Numbered from the stretch's first letter, positions 1 through 7,959 are shown. The stretch is DNA of 32,000 bases from Xanthomonas campestris pv. campestris str. ATCC 33913 (GCF_000007145.1 NC_003902.1:1747436-1779435); one strand, 5' to 3'. Notes: generated from the sequence alone by a model not told the origin. Program-made: numbers and translations.

Positions 1-1088
1 ACCAGCAGCGAGCCGTCCGGGCCGCGCACCGGTGCGTCGCGCACCACGTGGCGGTGCTCGTCCTCGATCTCGCCCACCACCACCTCCAGCAGGTCCTCCA
101 GGGTGAAGAAGCCCAGGATGCGGCCGTGCTCGTCCACGCACAGCGCAAGATGGGTGGCGCCGCTGCGGAACTGCTCCAGCGCCCGCGGGATCGGGCTTTC
201 CAGCGCCAGCACGGTGGCCGGGCGCAGCAGGGTGCGCAACGCATCCAGGGTCTGGCCGCGCGCCATCGCCACCAGGATGTCCTTGGTGTGCAGGATGCCG
301 AGTACCTGCTCGCCATCGGCGTCGAACCAGGGATAACGGCTGTAACGCGAGGTGCTGAATTCCGCCAGCACCGTCTGCAGCGTCATGCCTTCCCGCAGGC
401 TGCGCAGGTGTTCGCGCGGGCGCATCAGGTCGCCAGCCACCAGGTCGGGTAGCTCCAGCACATGGCTCATCAGTGCCATGCCGTGGTCGGGCGCAGCCGC
501 GTTGGGGTCCTGGCGGCCCACGATCAGCTTGAGTTCTTCGCGCGAATAGCGGTGCGATTGATGCTCCACCTCGCCCCAGCCCAGCACGCGTAGCAGCCGG
601 TTGGCGCTGTTGTTGAGCACCCAGATCGCCGGATACATGACCCAGTAGAACGCGTACAGCGGTGCGGCCGTCCACAGCGACATGCGTTCCGGGCGGCGAA
701 TGGCCATCGATTTGGGCGCCAGTTCGCCGAGCACGATGTGCAGAAACGAGATCAGGCTGAAGGCGATCGCCAGCGCGGTGAACTGCGCGGCTTCCGGCGA
801 TAGACCCAGCGTGTCGAACACCGGCTGCAGCAGGTGCGCGAAGGCCGGCTCGCCGACCCAGCCCAGGCCAAGCGAGGCCAGCGTAATCCCGAGCTGGCAG
901 GCCGATAGATACGCGTCCAGGTGTGCATGCACGCCCAGCAGCAGGCGCCCGCGCCAGCCGTGGTGTTCGGCCAGGCCCACCGCCTGGGTATGCCGCAATT
1001 TAAACAGTGCAAATTCGGCGGCGACAAAAAACCCGTTCAACAGCACCAGCAACAGCGCGACCAGCAACAGCCCGACGTTAGCCCACAT
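1..1088 (-). CDS. CNNM/TlyC-family membrane protein (DUF21 transmembrane region plus CBS pair); C-terminal end cut by the window edge
   Basis: Absent from the ORF track because it runs off the left edge. Minus-strand ATG at 1088-1086. My translation reads MWANVGLLLVALLLVLLNGFFVAAEFALFKLRH...CQLGITLASLGLGWVGEPAF (typical DUF21), then ...LVAGDLMRPREH...VLGILHTKDILVAM...HLALCVDEHGRILGFFTLEDLLEVVVGEIEDEH (CBS pair). The frame stays open to base 1. Confidence 0.85.
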   Translation of the reverse strand, partial: MWANVGLLLVALLLVLLNGFFVAAEFALFKLRHTQAVGLAEHHGWRGRLLLGVHAHLDAYLSACQLGITLASLGLGWVGEPAFAHLLQPVFDTLGLSPEAAQFTALAIAFSLISFLHIVLGELAPKSMAIRRPERMSLWTAAPLYAFYWVMYPAIWVLNNSANRLLRVLGWGEVEHQSHRYSREELKLIVGRQDPNAAAPDHGMALMSHVLELPDLVAGDLMRPREHLRSLREGMTLQTVLAEFSTSRYSRYPWFDADGEQVLGILHTKDILVAMARGQTLDALRTLLRPATVLALESPIPRALEQFRSGATHLALCVDEHGRILGFFTLEDLLEVVVGEIEDEHRHVVRDAPVRGPDGSLL

Positions 1089-1374
1089 GGCGTGCTCCAC
1101 GCCGTGCGTTGACTGGAACGCGCTGCGCAACGTGTGCGGGGCTGGGGCGGCGGTGTGGCGTGGCGTGGCACGCGATCAAAAGATTGGTCCTACAGTCAGG
1201 CGCGTGGCCCATGGCAGCGAAAGATCTCCAGCAAACACAGGCAGCAGTCTAGCCGCAGTGCTGCGATGACATCGCGGCAACGGCGTGGGCGCGTATCGTA
1301 TGGCGTCGCCAGCCCGGGTGCGCCCCGCTGCCAGCCTTCCTTCACCACCAATCAACGATGTGCGGAGAGTGCAG

Positions 1375-2778
1375 ATGAGCGAGAGTTTCAGGATCGAACA
1401 CGACAGCATGGGCGAGTTGCAGGTGCCTGCCGATGCGTTGTGGGGTGCGCAGACCCAGCGCGCTGTGCAGAACTTCCCGATTTCCGGCCAGCCGATGCCG
1501 CGCGGTTTCATTCGCGCGCTGGGGTTGATCAAGGCCGCGGCCGCAGGCGTCAACGCCGATCTCGGGCTGCTGTCCAAATCGGTGGCCAAGGTGGTGCAGG
1601 AAGCCGCCTTGCAGGTGGCGCAGGGCGCGCACGATGCACATTTCCCGATCGATGTGTATCAGACCGGCTCTGGTACGTCGTCGAACATGAATGCCAACGA
1701 GGTGATTGCCACGCTGGCCACCCGCGCCGGCAAGGACGCGGTGCACCCCAATGACCACGTCAATCTCGGGCAGAGTTCCAACGACGTGGTGCCCACCGCC
1801 ATTCGCGTCTCGGCATTGCTGGCGGTGCAGGAGCAGCTGCAGCCGGCGCTCAAGCACCTGCGCAAGACCATCGACAAGCGCGCCAAGGGTCTGGACAAGA
1901 TCGTCAAGACCGGCCGCACGCATCTGATGGATGCGATGCCCCTGACCTTTGGTCAGGAGTTCGGCGCGTGGTCTGCGCAGCTCAGTTCAGCGCAGGAGCG
2001 CATCGACGACAGCCTGAAGCGGCTGCGCCGGTTGCCGCTGGGCGGCACTGCGATTGGCACCGGCATCAACGCCGATCCGCGCTTCGGCGGCAAGGTGGCC
2101 AAGGCCTTGTCCACGTTGAGCAGCGTCAAGTTCGAAAGTGCCGAGAACAAGTTCGAAGGCCTGGCGGCGCAGGATGATGCGGTGGAATTGTCGGGCCAGC
2201 TCAATGCGCTGGCGGTGGCCTTGATCAAGATCGCCAACGACCTGCGCTGGATGAATGCCGGGCCGCTGGCAGGGCTGGGCGAGATCGAATTGCCGGCGCT
2301 GCAGCCAGGCAGTTCGATCATGCCGGGCAAGGTGAATCCGGTGATTCCCGAAGCGACCGTGATGGTGTGCGCGCAGGTCATCGGGCACCACGCCGCGATC
2401 ACGGTGGCCGGGCAGACCGGCAATTTTCAGTTGAACGTGGCGTTGCCGCTGATCGCCGCGAACCTGCTGGATTCGATCAACCTGCTCAGCAACGTCTCGC
2501 GCCTGCTCGCCGATACCGCCATTGCCGGATTGAAGGTGCGCCAGGAGCGCGTGCGCGAGGCCCTGGACCGCAACCCGATCCTGGTGACCGCGCTCAACCC
2601 GATCATCGGCTACGAAAAGGCTGCCGCGATCGCCAAGCGCGCCTACAAGGAGCAGCGCCCGGTGCTGGATGTGGCCAAGGAAGACAGCGGTCTGAGCGAG
2701 GCAGAGCTGCGCCGTTTGCTGGATCCGGCGGCGTTGACACGCGGCGGCATCCAGGCGGGTGGCGGTGGTGGCGGCTGA
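1375..2778 (+). CDS. fumC: Class II fumarate hydratase (aspartase/fumarase superfamily)
   Basis: Track ORF 1285-2778. The interior ATG at 1375 is preceded by GGAGAG (1364-1369). The N-terminus MSESFRIEHDSMGELQVPADALWGAQTQR and QTGSGTSSNMNANEV resemble E. coli FumC. The superfamily signature GSSIMPGKVNP is present. The C-terminal half is intermediate between FumC and AspA, so an aspartase cannot be fully excluded. Confidence 0.85.
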   Translation: MSESFRIEHDSMGELQVPADALWGAQTQRAVQNFPISGQPMPRGFIRALGLIKAAAAGVNADLGLLSKSVAKVVQEAALQVAQGAHDAHFPIDVYQTGSGTSSNMNANEVIATLATRAGKDAVHPNDHVNLGQSSNDVVPTAIRVSALLAVQEQLQPALKHLRKTIDKRAKGLDKIVKTGRTHLMDAMPLTFGQEFGAWSAQLSSAQERIDDSLKRLRRLPLGGTAIGTGINADPRFGGKVAKALSTLSSVKFESAENKFEGLAAQDDAVELSGQLNALAVALIKIANDLRWMNAGPLAGLGEIELPALQPGSSIMPGKVNPVIPEATVMVCAQVIGHHAAITVAGQTGNFQLNVALPLIAANLLDSINLLSNVSRLLADTAIAGLKVRQERVREALDRNPILVTALNPIIGYEKAAAIAKRAYKEQRPVLDVAKEDSGLSEAELRRLLDPAALTRGGIQAGGGGGG

Positions 2779-2793
2779 CCTTGGTCAGCTGTT

Positions 2794-2870
2794 GTAGGAG
2801 CGCACTCGTGCGCAATGGGCTGTATCGATAACGGCCCATCGCGCGCAAGCGCGCTCCTACGGATTGCCGC
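2794..2870. repeat. GTAG-type REP doublet (REPIN-like 77-bp palindrome)
   Basis: Sequence gtaggagcgcactcgtgcgcaatgggctgtatcgataacggcccatcgcgcgcaagcgcgctcctac. The termini GTAGGAGCGC and GCGCTCCTAC are inverted copies and the centre is TATCGATA. It starts 16 nt after the fumC stop. The same family occurs at 24442, 24665 and 24886. Confidence 0.75.
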
Positions 2871-2882
2871 GATTATGCAGAC

Positions 2883-3305
2883 TCAATGCCGCTCGGCCTG
2901 CACGTTGCCGAAGCTTTCGCGATACGGCTGCAGCGGCGGGATGTCGTTGAGCAATTCGCCACTCAGGCGCTGGATGTCCGGCGTTGCGGTGAGCTTGATC
3001 GACTTGTACCCGGGGTCCGGGCCCGCATCGGCGATGGCCTGCTGACGCAACATCTGCAGGTGACCGAACAGCAGCTGCAACTTGAGCCGGGTCGGCTCGG
3101 CCTGCGGCAGGGCGATATCGTCGATCTTCAGCGTGCCGTCCGGGGTGATTTCCGCATTGGCTGCGGGTGGGCGGCGAATCATCACCGACTGGGTGGTCAC
3201 CGCGACGCGTGGCTTGCCACGTTCGGCGCGGCGGGACGATTGGTCACCGCAGGCGGCTAGAGTGCACAGCAGCAGCGCCATGCAGAGGATCACGAGCTTG
3301 TTCAT
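2883..3305 (-). CDS. Lipoprotein of unknown function, possibly related to the N-terminal part of YggN/DUF2884
   Basis: Track ORF 2883-3332 (GTG-initiated). The interior ATG at 3305 gives MNKLVILCMALLLCTLAAC, a lipoprotein signal peptide with lipobox LAAC. GC3 is high. The motif ITPDGTLKIDDIALPQAEPTRLKLQ resembles the motif in the neighbouring lipoprotein. Confidence 0.7.
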   Translation of the reverse strand: MNKLVILCMALLLCTLAACGDQSSRRAERGKPRVAVTTQSVMIRRPPAANAEITPDGTLKIDDIALPQAEPTRLKLQLLFGHLQMLRQQAIADAGPDPGYKSIKLTATPDIQRLSGELLNDIPPLQPYRESFGNVQAERH

Positions 3306-3355
3306 GGGGTCGGAGGGTCGTGGGAAGACCACTAGTGTAATCCCGCGTCCGTCAA

Positions 3356-3385
3356 CGCCGCCCCGATCAATCGACCGGGGCGGCG
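3356..3385 (-). terminator. GC-rich stem-loop between the two lipoprotein genes (possible intra-cluster terminator, attenuator or RNA-stability element)
   Basis: Perfect 10-bp stem cgccgccccg / cggggcggcg with the 10-nt loop atcaatcgac. It lies 19 nt downstream of the 3404 stop on the minus strand. No U-tract follows, so it is not a canonical intrinsic terminator. Confidence 0.3.
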
Positions 3386-3403
3386 CATGCCGGCGCAGTG
3401 GCG

Positions 3404-3937
3404 TTACTTGCGGCAGTCCTCGACGTCGTGCTGGGTGAGGCTGGCGTAGGGCGCAAAGGCCGGAATCAGGCTGGCGGCCGCATCCTGCGCCGTGCGCAGA
3501 CCAACCAGGCGGTCGCAGATCTGCAGTGCGTGTTGCTTGAAGGTGTCGGCCTCGGCTTCGATCTTCCCGCCGATCTGGTCGGGGTTGCCGCTCAGCACGC
3601 CCTTGAGCGCTTCGCCCGCCGCGTGCGCACCGAACGCCGCGCCCTTGGTGCCGATCTCGATGCCTTGCTTGGCCACGGCCTGCAACTGCGCGTAATAGCC
3701 GCGCATGGCCTGCTGCTGCGCAGCGTTCAGCGCCACCGGCTTGCCAGCGATGCGCAAGCTGCCGTCTGCACCGATCCTGGCCGCCGGCAAGCCGCTACGG
3801 TTGAGCGTGACGCTGTTGTTGTCGAACGTCACACCGCTGCCGTTGACCTGTGCCGAGCCGCTGGTCGTGCTTTCCGAGTGCCCGCCACACCCCACCAGCA
3901 ACGCCCCCATCAGTAATGCCGAAGCAAGCACTTTCAT
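3404..3937 (-). CDS. YggN/DUF2884-like lipoprotein
   Basis: Interior ATG at 3937 with GGAG 8 nt upstream. MKVLASALLMGALLVGC carries lipobox LVGC. The segment DGSLRIAGKPVALNAAQQQAMRGYY matches my recollection of E. coli YggN (NGNVTLNGKPLALNAEQQQALKNY). Confidence 0.75.
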   Translation of the reverse strand: MKVLASALLMGALLVGCGGHSESTTSGSAQVNGSGVTFDNNSVTLNRSGLPAARIGADGSLRIAGKPVALNAAQQQAMRGYYAQLQAVAKQGIEIGTKGAAFGAHAAGEALKGVLSGNPDQIGGKIEAEADTFKQHALQICDRLVGLRTAQDAAASLIPAFAPYASLTQHDVEDCRK

Positions 3938-3964
3938 CTGCAGTCTCCCCATGTTGGACGTTGA

Positions 3965-4789
3965 TCAATTGTCGGCCGGCACACGCGTGGTGCCGGAGAT
4001 ATCGCTGGCGTTGATATCGCCGCTGCCCTTGTGCGCCAACGTCAGATCCCCTTGCACCTTGCGCACATCCGCGGCCCCGGAGGCGATCGATTCGATGTTG
4101 ACGCTGCCTTGTACATCGCGGACTTCGAGATCGCCCGAGCCAATGCTGCCGACCTGCACGTTGCCGGCGACGCCATGCAGCTTCACGTCGCCCGAGCCGA
4201 TCTTGCCGACCTCGGCCGCGCCACGGATCTGGCGCGCCTTGATATCGCCAGAGCCCACGGCCAGCACCTGCAAGGCGCCCGCGTCCTCCAGTTCGATATC
4301 GCCCGAACCCACCTTGGCGGTCACGCGGCCCTTGGTGCGGCGAACGGTCATGTCGCCGGAGCCCACGTCGGCGCTGACGGCTGCGGCGCCGCTGATCTCG
4401 GCATCGCCAGAACCGATGTCGAACTGCACCAGCAGCGTATTCGGCACGCTGCCGCGCAGGTCCAGATAGGCGTAGCTCTCGCCAATGGAAATGCGCAGCG
4501 GGCGGTCGTCTTCCAGCGTGACTACCAGTTTGGTGCCCATCCGTTTCTGGGTGACGGTGAGGTTGCGCAGCAACTCGGGCCGGGCAGCGCAGGCACGCCC
4601 GCTCACGCGCCCGCTGCTGCCCGGAAGCGCCTCCAGGCGCAGGTCATTGGAGGCGATTTCGAACAACACCGTCTTGATCCCGGACAGCTGCAACTCCAAG
4701 CTGCGCGGGTCGGAAAACTTGCACTGCTCTTCGGCCAGGGCAACACCGGGCAGACCAAGCAGCAGGAGCAGACTCAGTTGCAGGCGCAT
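3965..4789 (-). CDS. Secreted GSGD-repeat beta-helix protein (DUF2807 'GIN' / DUF4097-like putative adhesin domain)
   Basis: Signal peptide MRLQLSLLLLLGLPGVALA. Seven (V/I)GSGD(I/V/L/M) motifs plus one degenerate copy (IASGAADV) at a spacing of 17-20 residues. A GAGG SD overlaps the permease stop codon. Confidence 0.8.
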   Translation of the reverse strand: MRLQLSLLLLLGLPGVALAEEQCKFSDPRSLELQLSGIKTVLFEIASNDLRLEALPGSSGRVSGRACAARPELLRNLTVTQKRMGTKLVVTLEDDRPLRISIGESYAYLDLRGSVPNTLLVQFDIGSGDAEISGAAAVSADVGSGDMTVRRTKGRVTAKVGSGDIELEDAGALQVLAVGSGDIKARQIRGAAEVGKIGSGDVKLHGVAGNVQVGSIGSGDLEVRDVQGSVNIESIASGAADVRKVQGDLTLAHKGSGDINASDISGTTRVPADN

Positions 4790-4798
4790 GGCGCGACC

Positions 4799-5785
4799 TC
4801 AGGCTTCGGAGCGCCGGCGGCGCAGGTAGATGGAGGCAGCGATCAGGGCAACGCCGATGGCCGCACCGATCCAGATGTCCGGGTTGCCGTAGACGCGTGC
4901 GCTGTCGGTGTGTTGCAGCACCCACTGCACCAGGTCGCTGGGGTTCTGCATCGCACTGCTGTCCAGGGTGCCGCTGACCGCGCGCGGCGACCAGGTGCCG
5001 GGCAGGGCACTGAGCAGGCCGCGGTAGCCGACGATGTACCAGACCCAGCCGATCGGCAGCGACACACCGGGCATGGCCGAGAGAATGCTCAGCATCACGC
5101 AGGCCAGCAGCGGGAACAGCACCGCCCACAGGAACGGCTTGGACGTGGCCCAGGCCGAGCAGAACATCAGCCAGCCCACGGTCGGCAGCGACCACAACAG
5201 GCTCATCGGCACGGTCATCAACAGCCGTCCAACCAAAGCGAACGGATGCGAATGCGTGGCCATGGCCCATGGGCTGGGGACGCCGGCGATCAACGCACCA
5301 CCGATGGCGATCAACCACAGGGCAAGGCCGACCACCAGACCGATCGCAATCGCGATCAGCGGCGCCAGCAACAACGCCCATGCGGCCTTGGACAGCACTG
5401 TCTGCGTGTCCGACACCGGCAACGACTTCCAGAACAGCACGCTGCGATCGCGGCGGTCGTCGTAGAGGCTGCCCAGCGCATAGAAGAACACCACGAAGGC
5501 CAGTACGACCGAGGCGATGCCGATGCCGCCCAGCAGCAGGCCGTCGCCCACCTGGCCCAGGGTGCGGGTGTATTCGGCCAGGTCGTCCATCCTCATGCTG
5601 TCGCCGGACATGTTGCCGCGCGCGCTGACTGCGCCGATCACTGCGCCCAGTAGCGCGAAGAACACCGCGATGCCGCCGGTGATCACCTGCGACCAGACGA
5701 AACCGCCACGGTGCTCCCAATACTCGCGTTTGAGCAGCCAGGTGAACGTGCGTGCGGGAGATGCTTGGTGGGTCATTGCATTCAT
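4799..5785 (-). CDS. ABC-2-type transporter permease (multi-pass membrane protein)
   Basis: 328-aa ORF with about 6-7 hydrophobic segments. Its ATG (5785) overlaps the upstream ATPase stop by 4 nt (ATGA). An alternative start is the MTHQ codon at 5776. Confidence 0.8.
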   Translation of the reverse strand: MNAMTHQASPARTFTWLLKREYWEHRGGFVWSQVITGGIAVFFALLGAVIGAVSARGNMSGDSMRMDDLAEYTRTLGQVGDGLLLGGIGIASVVLAFVVFFYALGSLYDDRRDRSVLFWKSLPVSDTQTVLSKAAWALLLAPLIAIAIGLVVGLALWLIAIGGALIAGVPSPWAMATHSHPFALVGRLLMTVPMSLLWSLPTVGWLMFCSAWATSKPFLWAVLFPLLACVMLSILSAMPGVSLPIGWVWYIVGYRGLLSALPGTWSPRAVSGTLDSSAMQNPSDLVQWVLQHTDSARVYGNPDIWIGAAIGVALIAASIYLRRRRSEA

Positions 5786-6657
5786 GCGTAGGTCCCCTTC
5801 ATGACAGCAACAAACAGATCGGCCAGGCCGGGATTGCGGGTTTCACCGAAGCGGGCGAGTTGCTCCTTGGGCGCACCGTCGAACAGCATCACGGTCTTGC
5901 CGAACGGCAGGCTGCGCTCGTCGATGGGGCCCAGTGCGCGCGCGCTGTCCAGGTGCTCGGCGTTGACCAGTACTTCGGTGTAGCGCTCGGCGACGTGTTC
6001 CATATCGGCCGTGAGCACGATGCGGCCATCGCGGATGAACATCACATCGGTGAGGATGTGCTCGATCTCTTCCACCTGGTGGGTGGTGACGATGATGGTT
6101 TTCTGCTCGTCGAAGTAGTCTTCCAGCAGGCGCTGGTAGAACTGCTTGCGGTACAGGATGTCCAGGCCCAGCGTGGGTTCGTCCAACACCAGGATGCGCG
6201 CATCGATGGCCATCACCAGGGCCAGGTGCAGCTGCACGATCATGCCCTTGGAGAGTTCGCGCACCCGCGATTTGCGATTGAGCTGGGTGTTGGCCAGAAA
6301 GCGCTCGCATTTGGCGCGGTCAAAGCGCGGGTGCACGCCGGCGACGAAGTCGATGGCCTCACCGACCCGCAGCCAGCGCGGCAGCACTGCCACATCGGCG
6401 ATGAAGCAGACCTCGTTCATCAGCGCATTGCGCTGCGTGCGCGGGTCCATGCCCAGCACCTGCAGCTCGCCGTCGAAATCGGTCAGGCCCAGCACGGCCT
6501 TCAGCGCGGTGGTCTTGCCGGCGCCGTTGGGGCCGATCAGCCCGATGATGCGGCCGGCGGCGATGGTGAAGCTGGTGTTGTCCAGCGCAAGTCGGTGCTT
6601 GTAGGCCTTGCGCAGGCCACGAGCGTCGACCACGTGGTCGGTGGAGACGGCGGTCAT
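5782..6657 (-). CDS. ABC transporter ATP-binding protein
   Basis: Interior ATG at 6657 (MTAVSTDHVVDARGLRKAY). Walker A GPNGAGKTT, signature LSKGM, Walker B ILVLDEPTLGLD and the H-loop TTHQ are all present. Its start overlaps the GntR stop by 4 nt. Confidence 0.92.
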   Translation of the reverse strand: MTAVSTDHVVDARGLRKAYKHRLALDNTSFTIAAGRIIGLIGPNGAGKTTALKAVLGLTDFDGELQVLGMDPRTQRNALMNEVCFIADVAVLPRWLRVGEAIDFVAGVHPRFDRAKCERFLANTQLNRKSRVRELSKGMIVQLHLALVMAIDARILVLDEPTLGLDILYRKQFYQRLLEDYFDEQKTIIVTTHQVEEIEHILTDVMFIRDGRIVLTADMEHVAERYTEVLVNAEHLDSARALGPIDERSLPFGKTVMLFDGAPKEQLARFGETRNPGLADLFVAVMKGTYA

Positions 6658-7016
6658 GGTGTTTTCCCCTGTGGCAGCAGATCGTCGATGGTCAGTCCCA
6701 GGCGCTGGATGCGTTCCAGCACCGCAGGCCATTCTTCATTGAGGAAGCGCTCGCGTTCGCTTCCACGCAATTTCTGTGCGGCTTCCGGGGTCATGAACAT
6801 GCCCAGGCCGCGGCGCTTCTCCACCAGGTTTTCGTCGGCCAGTTCCTGATAGGCGCGCGAAACGGTGATGGGGTTCAATTGATAGTCGGCCGCCACTTGC
6901 CGCACCGAGGGCAGGGCGTCGCCAGGCTTGAGGATTCCATCGAGCATCATGGCAATCACACGTTCCTTGAGTTGGCGATAGATGGGAGCGCCGTCGCTCC
7001 ACTGGATGTCAGTCAT
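6654..7016 (-). CDS. GntR-family transcriptional regulator, YtrA subfamily (120 aa)
   Basis: Interior ATG at 7016. MTDIQWSDGAPIYRQLKERVIAMMLDGILKPGDALPSVRQVAADYQLNPITVSRAYQELADENLVEKRRGLGMFM is a GntR winged HTH. The short (about 50 aa) C-terminal part and the adjacent ABC transporter are typical of YtrA-type members. Confidence 0.9.
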   Translation of the reverse strand: MTDIQWSDGAPIYRQLKERVIAMMLDGILKPGDALPSVRQVAADYQLNPITVSRAYQELADENLVEKRRGLGMFMTPEAAQKLRGSERERFLNEEWPAVLERIQRLGLTIDDLLPQGKTP

Positions 7017-7018
7017 GA

Positions 7019-7267
7019 TCAGCTCCGTGGGCGCAGGACTTGCGCGAAGGAGAAATAGGGCATCGACAGCGAGGCGCGCAGGTGCCGGCTGGGCCGGGTG
7101 CGTGTCTCGGGGGGAGTTGTCGCGTTTTCCGTAACCGCCTCCGACGCGCCATAATCGGCGCCGGTATCCGTGACCTGACTGGAAGCGGCTCCCAGGCAAC
7201 CAATGGCGAACAGGGTGCTGCCGAACAGCAGCAGCGGAACTGGTCGCGTAAAGCGTGTGCTGTTCAT
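7019..7267 (-). CDS. Small putative lipoprotein or secreted protein (82 aa), first gene of the cluster
   Basis: ATG at 7267. MNSTRFTRPVPLLLFGSTLFAIGC has an n-region, an h-region and a Cys (weak lipobox AIGC). GC3 is about 74%. The stop lies 2 nt before the GntR ATG. I recognise no homology. Confidence 0.45.
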   Translation of the reverse strand: MNSTRFTRPVPLLLFGSTLFAIGCLGAASSQVTDTGADYGASEAVTENATTPPETRTRPSRHLRASLSMPYFSFAQVLRPRS

Positions 7268-7321
7268 GCTTTCCCCTGCGTTGGATGACTGGTTTTGTAT
7301 TCAACTATAACACCGACACGC

Positions 7322-7339
7322 AGGCAGTCAACTGCCTGT
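7322..7339. promoter_or_regulatory. Inverted repeat CAGGCAGT-CA-ACTGCCTG in the divergent intergenic region (operator candidate)
   Basis: Perfect 8-bp arms with a 2-nt spacer. It lies 55 nt upstream of the 7267 ATG (minus strand) and 63 nt upstream of the 7402 ATG (plus strand). It sits next to an unusually AT-rich stretch, tggttttgtattcaactataacacc (7291-7315). Confidence 0.4.
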
Positions 7340-7401
7340 CATACCCAACTGATGGCACCCCGCCGCCGGCGCGTGTGTCCTCACCACCTAGGGCACCGCT
7401 C

Positions 7402-7959
7402 ATGTCGCTCAATCGTCTGTTGGTCCTTGTATTTGCTGGACTTTTTTCCACTGCTGCGGTGGCAGCCGGTACCTCGGTGCTGGATCTGGACTATCGCCCG
7501 CTGGCCGGCAAGGCCCCAATCAACCTGAACCGTAGTTACGGCGGCAAGGTGGTGATGGTGGTCAACACCGCCAGCAAGTGCGGCTTCACCCCGCAGTACG
7601 AAGGCCTGGAAGCGCTCAATCAGCGCTTCGGCAGCCGCGGGTTCACGGTGCTCGGCTTCCCGTCCAACGATTTCCAGGGGCAGGAACCCGGATCTGAGAA
7701 ACAGATCCAGGAATTCTGCACGCTGACCTATGGCGTCAAGTTCCCGATGTTTGAGAAGGTGCATGTGCTGGGCGCGCAGGCGACCCCGCTGTATCAGCGA
7801 CTGACGCGCGAGACCGGCGTGGCGCCGGGTTGGAACTTCCACAAGTATTTGATCGGTCGCAATGGACATGTGGTGGCGCAGTTCCCGAGCAAGGTCAAGC
7901 CGGACGATCCGCAGGTGCTGGCGGCGATCGAGCGCGAGCTCAAGGCGCCAGCACGCTGA
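7402..7959 (+). CDS. Glutathione peroxidase (Cys-type, BtuE/Gpx family) with a signal peptide
   Basis: Interior ATG at 7402. The signal peptide is MSLNRLLVLVFAGLFSTAAVAAG. The active-site block VNTASKCGFT, LGFPSNDFQGQEPG and WNFHKYLIGRNG are all GPx motifs. Confidence 0.9.
   Translation: MSLNRLLVLVFAGLFSTAAVAAGTSVLDLDYRPLAGKAPINLNRSYGGKVVMVVNTASKCGFTPQYEGLEALNQRFGSRGFTVLGFPSNDFQGQEPGSEKQIQEFCTLTYGVKFPMFEKVHVLGAQATPLYQRLTRETGVAPGWNFHKYLIGRNGHVVAQFPSKVKPDDPQVLAAIERELKAPAR

Noticed and set aside
1285-1374. 5'-extended versions of track ORFs. Examples are fumC from 1285, peroxidase from 7255, GntR from 7304, ABC ATPase from 6732, MFS from 13698, kinase from 15002, ACAD from 22502, the sahR-like gene from 22705 and GFA from 29972
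   Set aside because: The extensions start at GTG or TTG codons or overlap neighbouring genes and promoters. They add non-homologous Pro/Arg-rich residues ahead of canonical N-termini or signal peptides. Interior ATG/GTG codons with SD sequences or 4-nt coupling overlaps give family-typical lengths.
4031-5653. A 540-aa plus-strand ORF, and the 358-aa minus-strand ORF at 4644-5720
   Set aside because: Both overlap the beta-helix protein and ABC-2 permease genes in other frames or on the other strand. They encode Arg/Gly/Ala/Gln-rich sequence without hydrophobic segments or motifs. The permease and beta-helix frames have signal peptides or TM segments, coupled starts and SD sequences.
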